Assembly: GCA_041689795.1 (NCBI GenBank)
Contig: JBDNFN010000396.1
Span: 16,122 to 80,121 of the forward strand
Source: Fuerstiella sp.
GTDB taxonomy: Bacteria > Planctomycetota > Planctomycetia > Planctomycetales > Planctomycetaceae
DNA length: 64,000 nt
Reading direction: 5' to 3'
Part shown: positions 27,640 through 35,710 of the stretch, piece after piece
How the letters are laid out: each line of letters begins with the position of its first letter
Position numbering within the stretch: position 1 is the stretch's first letter
Translations under genes and position numbers: made by a program
Notes under the pieces: generated by a model
Database searches by the model: none
What the model was told of the DNA's origin: nothing
The model's input: only the letters and a program-made list of their open reading frames with translations

Positions 27640-28803
27640 CTATTGTATGTAGCCTCGCAGCCAGCCGCGTGAGCCCTGCGGAGGAATTGCATCGGCCATG
27701 TCGGTCCCATCTGCCAGCGTGAATGAAATTGCCAGCGGGAATGGATCCTTCGGCGCGTTGCGAGTGTAAGTTCCTTCTCCGGCGAAGGTGCCTTTTGCAA
27801 CCATTTTCATTCCAGTCACTTTGCGATCGACGATTGTGAGCTGTCCCAGCAGGTCCGCTGAATAGCTGCGACTTCCGTCCTTCGACTTCAGCTCCACATG
27901 TCCAACGATGTGTCCCTGATCAACGGCAAATCGGTGAGAAACGACTTCATCTTCGTTCCACATCGGTGGTTCGCCGCGAGTATTATCCACAAGGTGAAAT
28001 CGAGCGATCCTGATCGCAAGGCTGGCTGGAAATGTTCCGTCGATCATCGCATTAGTTTCGTTAGCACTAATCCACAGGTTGTCGCGTGAGAGCGCCGTCT
28101 GGAAGACTTTCTCAAAGTGCGAGTCTGGTTCTTCGTAACCACTTAGTACTTTCGCCTGGACGCGGACGACCAGACCTGCAGTTGGTGATTGCGGGTTAAA
28201 TTGAGGATCTGTTTCGGGGCGAGAAGTTTCGCTGTTCTGAGGCTGCTTTGTTGTATTGCCTGGTTTTTGCAGCTGCATGGCCTCTTTGAGCATGCGAAGA
28301 ACGTGCTGGGGATCTCGGTTATTGGTGTAACCTAGAAATGTTCCGTCAGCCGCAGCCATGTATAGTCCTTGAGTTGTCCCGGACTCAAAATCGTTTCTAG
28401 GGCCCTGGCTGGCGATCTTCCTATAGAAGTCGCCCTCGGAGTCTTTCTGGCGTCGCTGGTACCACTGGTCGATGGCGACAGGAATGGTTCTTGTTTTGAT
28501 AAAGTTGACGATGACGGGATCTGCGAATGTCGACTCACGGTCGATAACTCCATTGTTTCATGTGCAGCCCAGGGGATGGCCATCCATTGCCCAGATGAAC
28601 AAAGGTTTTTTTTCAGATACGGCCAGCTTCTGAGCACTCAGAACAGATGTCTTCCACGGAACAGTTCGCCATAGTGCAGAATTGTCCGGCTGCAGTTCCG
28701 CGTGAAGCGACAGGAATTCTGATTCGGTCAATTCGGCAGCAGGCGCCGAAGAGAGGTGCCATGCAGTCAGCGAAACGATGAGCAGCATTTTGATGCGGGA
28801 CAT
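27640..28803 (-). CDS. Secreted thioredoxin-fold protein with one in-frame TGA at the redox motif (candidate selenoprotein, G-C-T-U-N-N-G); 387 codons if read through
   Basis: ORFs 28558-28803 and 27640-28359 are in the same frame (28803-28359=444). The 66 codons between the TGA (28560-28558) and the next Met are open. Joined sequence: signal peptide...WKTSVLSAQKLAVSEKKPLFIWAMDGHPLGCT-TGA-NNGVIDRESTFADPVIVNFIKTRTIPVAIDQWY. This is a thioredoxin-like beta1/active-site/alpha1/beta2 layout with the TGA at the active-site turn. Confidence 0.55.
28530..28544 (-). promoter_or_regulatory. Candidate (weak) bacterial SECIS-like hairpin downstream of the in-frame TGA
   Basis: The mRNA reads UGA-AACAAUGGAGUUA-UCGAC-CGUGA-GUCGA. 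This is a 5-bp stem starting 13 nt after UGA, with a 5-nt apical loop containing GU. The stem is short and the extension is only possible with mismatches. Confidence 0.3.
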
Positions 28804-28845
28804 TTGATGAATCCTTCACTGATTGTCAAAATTATAGAAATTAGC

Positions 28846-29889
28846 CTACGCCAGGTGTGCTGCGATTAGTTCTGTGGTCGGGTTATGAATCAGTCCGCGT
28901 TCGGTGATAATGGCGGCGATTAGATTTGCCGGAGTCACGTCGAAAGCCGGGTTGTAGACAGCCACGTTGTCGGGAACCGTTTGCTTTCCAAACCCGTGAG
29001 CGATTTCATCACGCGATCTTTGTTCAATCGGAATTTTATCACCGTCGCTTAGGCTTAAGTCAAACGTGCTAGACGGAGCTGCCACATAGAACGGAATATT
29101 GTGGGCCTTTGCCAGCACGGCAACACCGTAGGTGCCAATCTTGTTGGCGGCGTCTCCGTTAGCTGCAATGCGATCGGCTCCTGTGACGACGGCAGAAATT
29201 CGGCCTTCCTTCATTACCTGAGCCGCCATGTTGTCGCAGATAACCGTGACGGGTATGCCTCGTTGGTGCAGTTCCCACGCAGTAAGGCGAGCTCCCTGAA
29301 GCAATGGCCGAGTTTCGTCCGCATAAACGTGGATCGATTTTCCTTCGTTAACGGCAGCGAAAAATACAGATAGCGCAGTGCCTTCACCAGCCGTTGCCAG
29401 TGCTCCAGCATTGCAATGCGTCAGTACGCCCGAGCCGGATTCGATCAGCTGACTTCCGTGGCGACCAATTGCCAGACACATTTCACGATCTTCGTGATTG
29501 ATCGCGTTCGCCTCGTCTAAGAGTCGGTCGTGCATTTGTGATGAAGTCAGGTCCTTGTTTTGCAGGGCCACCGCCGTCATGCGGTCCATCGCCCAAAACA
29601 GGTTAACAGCGGTCGGACGACTGCTGCCGAGATAGCTGACGACTTCGGCCAGCTTGTCATTAAATAGCGATCGCTCAGCATCTCGAAGATCGCGAGTGCC
29701 AATCACAACGCCGTATGCCGCCGCGACTCCGATCGCTGGAGCCCCACGAACTCGCAAAACTTTGATGGATTCCCAGACGCCCTCGGCCGTCCAGCATTCA
29801 ATTTCTTTGAACTCTGTTGGCAGCAGAGTCTGGTCGATCATGAACAGCGAGCCTGTGGCGTCGCCCTTCCAATGAAGAGTTTGGTACAT
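28846..29889 (-). CDS. mtnA: S-methyl-5-thioribose-1-phosphate isomerase
   Basis: From Met at 29889 the translation is MYQTLHWKGD...LRVRGAPAIGVAAAYG...RPTAVNLFWA...THCNAGALAT...ADETRPLLQGARLTAWEL...GADRIAANGDAANKIGTY, matching the MtnA / eIF-2B-related family. Confidence 0.9.
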   Translation of the reverse strand: MYQTLHWKGDATGSLFMIDQTLLPTEFKEIECWTAEGVWESIKVLRVRGAPAIGVAAAYGVVIGTRDLRDAERSLFNDKLAEVVSYLGSSRPTAVNLFWAMDRMTAVALQNKDLTSSQMHDRLLDEANAINHEDREMCLAIGRHGSQLIESGSGVLTHCNAGALATAGEGTALSVFFAAVNEGKSIHVYADETRPLLQGARLTAWELHQRGIPVTVICDNMAAQVMKEGRISAVVTGADRIAANGDAANKIGTYGVAVLAKAHNIPFYVAAPSSTFDLSLSDGDKIPIEQRSRDEIAHGFGKQTVPDNVAVYNPAFDVTPANLIAAIITERGLIHNPTTELIAAHLA

Positions 29890-30203
29890 GGTTTTCGTTG
29901 TGTTTGAGTTGCTGATCTGTCGAAGTGTGCTGCCGGCTATCGTGGTCAGCAAACGAAATGTGTTTTCGGCTTTTACCGTTCGCCAAAATTAAATCACGCA
30001 GGTCGCAGCCTGCACTTCAGCGAATGCATTAGCGATCAGGCTAGCACGCCGCACCGCAGTAAACAACAAACACCAACCGATCCTGTCTTAATCAAACCGA
30101 CGGAATTGAGTCCAGACGTTTCAGGTGTCATACTGCCGCCCGGCAAAAGCCATGCGAGGTCTCACCATTTCCGATTGGTAAAGACTTGTGCGGTTTGACG
30201 GTC

Positions 30204-30290
30204 GGACCATTTCGGCCGGACCATTTCGGCCGGACCATTTCCGCCGGACCATTTCCGCCGGACCATTTCCGCCAGACCATTTCCGCCAGA
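30204..30290. repeat. 14-bp tandem repeat, 6 complete copies plus a partial one (GGACCATTTC[C/G]GCC)
   Basis: Head-to-tail units lie at 30204, 30218, 30232, 30246, 30260 and 30274. The first two carry CGGCC, the next three CCGCC, and the last starts with A. The array is intergenic, between mtnA (minus) and the Dabb gene (plus). Confidence 0.95.
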
Positions 30291-30358
30291 TTGTTGAACC
30301 GCAGCTTGAACCTCGTCGGCAGCCTGATCACTAGAAGAAACCAGAGAAAGACAAATTG

Positions 30359-30664
30359 ATGCTATCGCACACCGTGTTTTTTACACTGAAAGACTCATCT
30401 GAAGCCGCTTGCCAGAAGCTGATCGACTGCGGACACAACTTCTTGAAGCCTCATGAAGGGATCGTGTTTTTTGGGATTGGAAGGTTGGCTGGAGAATTCG
30501 ACCGCCCCGTCAACGACCGCGATTTCCACATCGCCTTGAACGTGGTATTCGACAATAAAGATTCGCACGACGTTTATCAGGTTTCCGAAAAACACCTGCA
30601 GTTTATTACCGACGGCCAAGAAAACTGGGAGCAGGTGCGCGTTTTTGATGCCTCTGTTGACTAA
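30359..30664 (+). CDS. Dabb (stress-responsive alpha/beta-barrel) domain protein
   Basis: MLSHTVFFTLKDSSEAACQKLIDCGHNFL...FHIALNVVFDNKDSHDVYQVSEKHLQFI follows the typical Dabb pattern. ATG at 30359 is preferred to the TTG at 30356. Confidence 0.75.
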   Translation: MLSHTVFFTLKDSSEAACQKLIDCGHNFLKPHEGIVFFGIGRLAGEFDRPVNDRDFHIALNVVFDNKDSHDVYQVSEKHLQFITDGQENWEQVRVFDASVD

Positions 30665-31089
30665 CAACATTGGCCTGACGTACTTGCCGTTCGCGTGCTT
30701 TGCAGCAGGGCAGCGGGAAGGCCGTGAAGCTTACGAAGGAAGCTCGACAATTTCCTGGAGGCGGTCCGAAACTGCAAATTGAGAAGTACGCGGCGCGCAA
30801 TTGAGTCAAGACATTGCAAACTTCACTCCCGCGCGTCGTGCTTGTTTTGAGAAGAGCGCCGAAGTGGTTTTCGGACCGCTGCTAGCAGGGTCGCTGTGAA
30901 CCGGTCGCCGTGTTACGGTGAGCAACCAGAAGTAGATGCTGTATGGGTGGGGGCAGTACTCAAGCCGACCTCAGCATTTTGAGAGTCGCTACTGAGTGTG
31001 TCGCGTGAATTCCCGATTTGGAAAAACGTCGTTCCGGCGGTCTTTAGCGGACTAGGGACGACCCTTGCATCAATTCGATTGAGACCTTT

Positions 31090-33168
31090 GTGGGTAATAC
31101 TGCTGCCAACAGCAAGAACGTCACACTGATCGACTGGCTGATCGCCGCCGTCATGGGGCTGGGATTTTCACTTGCCGTATGGTGGGGGCTGGCAATCGGT
31201 GGTGGTCTTGTAGGCGGAGATACGTTTACTTACTTTCTTCCTCAGAAGCTAATTCTGGCGGAATCGTTTGCGCGCGGTGAAATTCCACTGTGGCACCCAT
31301 TGACGGGGCTCGGCTATCCGCTGCTGGCAGAAAGTCAGACTGGCGTTTTCTATCCGCCTTATCAAATTCTGTATCGAATTACAGACGTCAACACGGCTTA
31401 CAATGCTTGCGTTCTGTTGCACTACTGGCTGGCGTTTCTGTTTACATGGCGTTTCGCTCGGTGTCAGGGGCTGACAAACGCCGGCGGCTATTTGGCCGCA
31501 ACGGTGTTTGTTTACGGTTGGTTTCCTGCTCGGATCAGTCATGAATGGAGCATTGTTGGCGGTGTCTGGTTTCCTTTGACGCTGTGGTTGACTGATCGGC
31601 TGATCCTGGTTCCGAGTCGCCGCCGATTTGCATTGCTTAGCGCATGTCTGGCGACACATCTTCTGGCTGGTCATTTTACCCTAGCTTTTATCAACCAGCT
31701 GACGATTCTGGCATACACGGCTTTGAAGCTTTGGATGGGCGTTCCCCGAGAAGGTCGTCGAATTCGATTATTACAGGGCTCATCCATCACGGTGTTTGCG
31801 ATTCTGATGGCGTTGGGTGTTTCTGCCGTTCAGCTGGTTCCGACCTACGAACTTAAACGGGCCAGCCAAAGAAAAGGCGGGGCCACGCAAGCGTTTGATC
31901 CGTCTTACGGACACATGCCGCCGGTTTATGCGACTCAGTTGTTCGCGTCCTGGTGGTATTGGCACAGTCCGGAAATTCTTTCGTCTCGCGAAATGATGAA
32001 GACGCCGGGAATCATTGCTGCAGATTCAAATCACGTTGAGGCACATCTGTATTGGGGCCTTGTTCCGCTGGCTCTGATTCTGTGTTTGTTCAGTCGTCAA
32101 GTTCGCGCGAAAACGGATGAGCTTGTTTGCCGCACATGGCTGATTATGGTTACTGCCGCGCTGATTTACGCGACGGGCTGGCTAATGCCGTTGACTCGGC
32201 ATCTACCGGGCTTCGGTTTTTTTAACGGTCCCGGACGTTACACCATTATTTGCGCGTTTGGTGGTGGGATTCTGGCGGGACTTGTGCTGGACGGGCTGAC
32301 GTCGAAATGGCGTCGGCACAACGTGCTGCTGCTGACCGCTGTCTTAATCGCGGTCACCATTCCGGATCTATTGAAGTCGTCGCGGTTTGTCGCTGACGCG
32401 ATTGTGGTTTCGGAGTCTCCGCTAAACAGGCTGGAAAAAAGTTGGTTGCGGAATTTCTTCGTAGCCAGTCAACCGATGAACCATCGCCTGTTGGCACCGG
32501 GGCCCAACGTGGCGAATCTGTTTGGCGTTAGCTGCGTGCCGCAGTATTTGGGTCTCGGGCCGGCCGTGTATGTTGAAGATCGACTGAATCCGCCAACCGG
32601 CCCGGAATCAATTGATGTCGAATATCCTTCCTCAGAAGAATCAAAGCGGCTCACAGAACTTGGCATCACTCATGTTTTGACGACCGAGGCTATTGAACGG
32701 CCCTCGCAGGCAATACGACTTATGCAGCAGTTTCCCGATGCGGTACTGAATGCTATTTGGGGCCGCGGTTCGCAGCCCTGCTATTTGTATGAGCTGACCG
32801 CCGCTTCGGGTCGAGTTGTCACAGAGCCGCGCGAGGCTATGGAATCGTTTGAATTTGTAGCTGTGTCGCCCAATTCTGTTTCGTTTCGCATAGACCTGCT
32901 GCAGGACGCGGATGTCGTGCTGCGAGATCTGATGTATCCGGGATGGGGAGTTACTGTCGACGGGCTTCCGGCGAATTCGACTTCCGGGCAGGATCCGATT
33001 ATGCGATCGACTCGCGTGTCAGCGGGAAAGCATGTTGTTGAATGGAGCTTTCAATCGGCTGCGGTTCAAACAGGAATAGGGCTGAGCGCTGTTTTCGGTG
33101 GTGTTCTGTGTTTTATGTTGTTCTGTTCCATGGACACAATAAGACCCAGGAAGCAATCGCTCAAGTAG
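31090..33168 (+). CDS. YfhO-like polytopic membrane protein (putative glycosyl/lipid-linked sugar transferase)
   Basis: GTG start. The N-terminus GGDTFTYFLPQKLILAESFARGEIPLWHPLTGLGYPLLAESQTGVFYPPYQILY resembles the conserved YfhO N-terminal block. It has more than 10 hydrophobic helices, then a soluble C-terminal domain and a final TM. Confidence 0.6.
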   Translation: MGNTAANSKNVTLIDWLIAAVMGLGFSLAVWWGLAIGGGLVGGDTFTYFLPQKLILAESFARGEIPLWHPLTGLGYPLLAESQTGVFYPPYQILYRITDVNTAYNACVLLHYWLAFLFTWRFARCQGLTNAGGYLAATVFVYGWFPARISHEWSIVGGVWFPLTLWLTDRLILVPSRRRFALLSACLATHLLAGHFTLAFINQLTILAYTALKLWMGVPREGRRIRLLQGSSITVFAILMALGVSAVQLVPTYELKRASQRKGGATQAFDPSYGHMPPVYATQLFASWWYWHSPEILSSREMMKTPGIIAADSNHVEAHLYWGLVPLALILCLFSRQVRAKTDELVCRTWLIMVTAALIYATGWLMPLTRHLPGFGFFNGPGRYTIICAFGGGILAGLVLDGLTSKWRRHNVLLLTAVLIAVTIPDLLKSSRFVADAIVVSESPLNRLEKSWLRNFFVASQPMNHRLLAPGPNVANLFGVSCVPQYLGLGPAVYVEDRLNPPTGPESIDVEYPSSEESKRLTELGITHVLTTEAIERPSQAIRLMQQFPDAVLNAIWGRGSQPCYLYELTAASGRVVTEPREAMESFEFVAVSPNSVSFRIDLLQDADVVLRDLMYPGWGVTVDGLPANSTSGQDPIMRSTRVSAGKHVVEWSFQSAAVQTGIGLSAVFGGVLCFMLFCSMDTIRPRKQSLK

Positions 33169-33202
33169 CTGCCAGCCACGGCCTTCGGCGCGGATAGCAA
33201 AA

Positions 33203-33236
33203 CCAGAACTAACAACGAGCCAGAACTAACAACGAG
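33203..33236. repeat. Perfect 17-bp tandem duplication (CCAGAACTAACAACGAG x2) in the 5' leader of the oxidoreductase gene
   Basis: The units are 33203-33219 and 33220-33236. The array ends 13 nt before ATG 33250, and its last bases form part of a GAGGAAG Shine-Dalgarno-like element. Confidence 0.9.
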
Positions 33237-33249
33237 GAAGTGTGGAAAC

Positions 33250-34257
33250 ATGAAAGCAGCATTTATTGAATCAGTTGGGCCGTCGTCAGTCATTCAGTTT
33301 GGTGAAGTGCCGCTTCCGGAAGTCGCGGTGAGTCAGGTTCTGGTTCGCACGGCTGCTGTTGGCGTGAATCCTATTGATACTTATATTCGCAGCGGGAATG
33401 TCAAAGTTACTCTGCCGATACCGTACATCATTGGGTGTGACGTGGCTGGCACGGTGGAAGCTGTCGGCAGTGCAGTGACGCGATTTAGAGTTGGCGATAG
33501 AGTGTGGGGCAGCAATCAGGGACTTGCCGGTCGACAGGGAACCTTTGCTGAATTCTCGGCAATCGATGAAGACTGGTTATATGCCTCGCCCAGGGACGTC
33601 GCCGAAGAAACGTTGGCCGCCGGTGCTCTGACGGGGATAACAGCACACCTGGGACTGCATTTGCATGGGGGACTTTGTGCAGGTGATGTTGTATTTGTAA
33701 ATGGCGGAACCGGGGGTGTCGGTTCCGCCGTTGTTCAGATCGCCAAAGCCTTTGGTGCGACAGTAATCACCACGGTGGGCAGCCACAGTAAACAGCAGCT
33801 CGCAACAGAACTTGGCGCAGACTACGTGCTGAATTATCGAGACGTCGACGTGCCCCTGGCCTTAAAGCAGTGTCTCCAGAAAACTGGTCCGGTGAACCTG
33901 TGGTTTGAATCGCTGCGGAGTCCGAATCCGGACTTCACAATTCCACTTATGGCGAAACGTGGTCGCTATGTGTTAATGGCTGGACGCGATGCTCGGCCCG
34001 AATTTCCTGTGGGCTCGTTCTATGTCAACGATCTGCGCGCCATTGGCTTTGCGATGTTCAACGCATCGCCTGACGAACAAAGAATTGCGGCGGAATCGCT
34101 GAACATATTGATGGCCGCGGGAAAGTTAAAGTCTGTTATCGGGGCTCGCTTTTCACTGAGCGATGCCGGGAAAGCTCACGAACTTCAGGAAGAAAATACT
34201 CTAAGACAGGCGGGTACGCTGACAGGAAAAATTATCCTTACGCCTCAGGTTGGGTAA
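33250..34257 (+). CDS. NADPH:quinone oxidoreductase / zeta-crystallin-like medium-chain dehydrogenase
   Basis: VGVNPIDTYIRSG, GCDVAGTVEAVG, GDRVWG and the Rossmann motif VFVNGGTGGVGSAVVQIAK are present. It lacks the zinc-ligand pattern of true alcohol dehydrogenases. Confidence 0.85.
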   Translation: MKAAFIESVGPSSVIQFGEVPLPEVAVSQVLVRTAAVGVNPIDTYIRSGNVKVTLPIPYIIGCDVAGTVEAVGSAVTRFRVGDRVWGSNQGLAGRQGTFAEFSAIDEDWLYASPRDVAEETLAAGALTGITAHLGLHLHGGLCAGDVVFVNGGTGGVGSAVVQIAKAFGATVITTVGSHSKQQLATELGADYVLNYRDVDVPLALKQCLQKTGPVNLWFESLRSPNPDFTIPLMAKRGRYVLMAGRDARPEFPVGSFYVNDLRAIGFAMFNASPDEQRIAAESLNILMAAGKLKSVIGARFSLSDAGKAHELQEENTLRQAGTLTGKIILTPQVG

Positions 34258-34831
34258 CTGACACTTTTTTTTCCGCCGTAGCGTGCGCGTGTTTCTCGTC
34301 AGCGAACAATGATTGCAGCATCAGCATGATGGCACCTGTTACCAGGCAAATGTCGGCCACGTTAAAGATGGCCCAGTCCAGGCCAGGAGCATTTGGCTGC
34401 CCGCCGAACTGAAAGTGAAAGAAGTCTCTGACCGCTTTAATCGGTTCCTGTTGTCCTGGTACAGACACTCCGTGCAGGCCGAGGCGGTCATACAGGTTGC
34501 CAAGCGTTCCACCGGAAACGAAAGACAGCGCGAATGTCAGCCACAGGCTAGTCGCTGCTCGCTTGTAAAACAGCCAGAAAACAATGCCACTGAAGGCAGC
34601 GATGCTCAGGATCGCAAAAACCCATGAAAAACCTTGACCCATCCCCCACAAAGCACCTTCGTTTAGGCTTGTGAACCAACGGAATCGTATCCAGTTGTCC
34701 AGAATCCATGGCGATCCATTGCGGACTCCAAAGGTATCGAAGGCCCATGCTTTCGACCACAGGTCAATCGTCAGTGACAATAGCGTGCAGCAAAAGAAAA
34801 TCGGTGCTCTATTTCGAGGTAGCGATTCCAT
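34238..34831 (-). CDS. lspA: Lipoprotein signal peptidase (signal peptidase II)
   Basis: Start at ATG 34831 (MESLPRNRAPIFFCCTLLSLTIDLWSKAWAF). Motifs are NEGALWGM, GNLYDRL and WAIFNVADICLVTGAIMLML, which carry the conserved Asn/Asp motifs of LspA. The start overlaps the stop of the upstream DksA-like gene by 1 nt. Confidence 0.85.
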   Translation of the reverse strand: MESLPRNRAPIFFCCTLLSLTIDLWSKAWAFDTFGVRNGSPWILDNWIRFRWFTSLNEGALWGMGQGFSWVFAILSIAAFSGIVFWLFYKRAATSLWLTFALSFVSGGTLGNLYDRLGLHGVSVPGQQEPIKAVRDFFHFQFGGQPNAPGLDWAIFNVADICLVTGAIMLMLQSLFADEKHAHATAEKKVSVTQPEA

Positions 34832-35223
34832 CAGGCGTTTTCTTCTCGCTTCCGTTCGCATTCCACACAGTTCCTTGCGTATGGAATGGCATTCAGACGG
34901 GCTTTGCGGATCCGGCTTTTTGATTCCGGAAGACCGGCTTCGATGCACATTTCGCAAAGACCGAATCGACCCTCGTCGATCTTGCTGAGCGCTGCCGAGA
35001 TCTCTTTCAGGAACTCCTGGTCATTCTCTACGATTCTTAGTGAAAAGTCGAGATCCCATGCATCGGACCCCATGTCAGCGATGTGATTTGTTGAGCCATG
35101 ATCGCTGCTGGAGCTTGAGGAAAACACTTCTTCCTCGAGCTGCTCAACGTCACCACGCACGCGAGCCTGGATCATTCGGAGCATTGCGCGAAACTGTTCC
35201 AGCTCTTCGGTTTTCAGGCCCAT
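34831..35223 (-). CDS. DksA/TraR-family C4 zinc-finger protein
   Basis: 130 aa with an N-terminal coiled-coil-like region. The C-terminus reads GRFGLCEMCIEAGLPESKSRIRKARLNAIPYARNCVECERK (CxxC-N21-CxxC). Confidence 0.8.
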   Translation of the reverse strand: MGLKTEELEQFRAMLRMIQARVRGDVEQLEEEVFSSSSSSDHGSTNHIADMGSDAWDLDFSLRIVENDQEFLKEISAALSKIDEGRFGLCEMCIEAGLPESKSRIRKARLNAIPYARNCVECERKREENA

Positions 35224-35710
35224 CGGTCCTAACCTCTGTTTGATAAATCAATTACGGCGAACTCACAGCTCGCCAAGTCGGCCGATTATGGGCAACTAAA
35301 TCCCCCGGGTCCAGTAGCCTCACGTTGCGTTTTGGAGTGTTTTCAATGGTCGTTTATGTTTTACGTTGAATCGCAGCCGCTGATGGAAGTATTGCAGTTT
35401 TTCTGGAGACTCCCGGCAGGTTGGCCTCTGGAATTATTCGATCGTTCTACACCGGTTGGGCCTGGCAAAGAACGTGAGATCATCGCCAAAATTTGGCAAT
35501 GCACCGTGGATCTCGTCGCTCAATCGCCAAGGCGGCGATGGATGTCGAACGGGCTTTCGTCAACTGTTGCGATTTCTTTCAGAACGTTAACCCGAATTCG
35601 TCGCCATCCAACTGGTTTTGAAGCCAGACTCAGTGTTTGCCGAGTTCAATCTGCCAAATGCCGAAAACGGATTTCGCGCAACTCGCTTCGTCAGAAAGTG
35701 GCGACAAACG

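Noticed and set aside
30128-30331. A 67-aa ORF (minus) spanning the 14-bp repeat array. I also considered whether the array could be a CRISPR.
   Set aside because: The repeat unit is 14 bp, not a multiple of 3, so the translation merely cycles through frames. The units are contiguous with no spacers, so it is a minisatellite and not a CRISPR array.
30690-30780. Possible SRP (4.5S) RNA, because of GCAGGGCAGCGGGAAGG and GAAGGAAGC strings resembling the helix-8 GGAA tetraloop/AGCA motif.
   Set aside because: I could not fold the flanks into the required closing helices. The symmetric and asymmetric loop context is absent, so the similarity is limited to short purine-rich strings. An Infernal scan with RF00169 would settle it.
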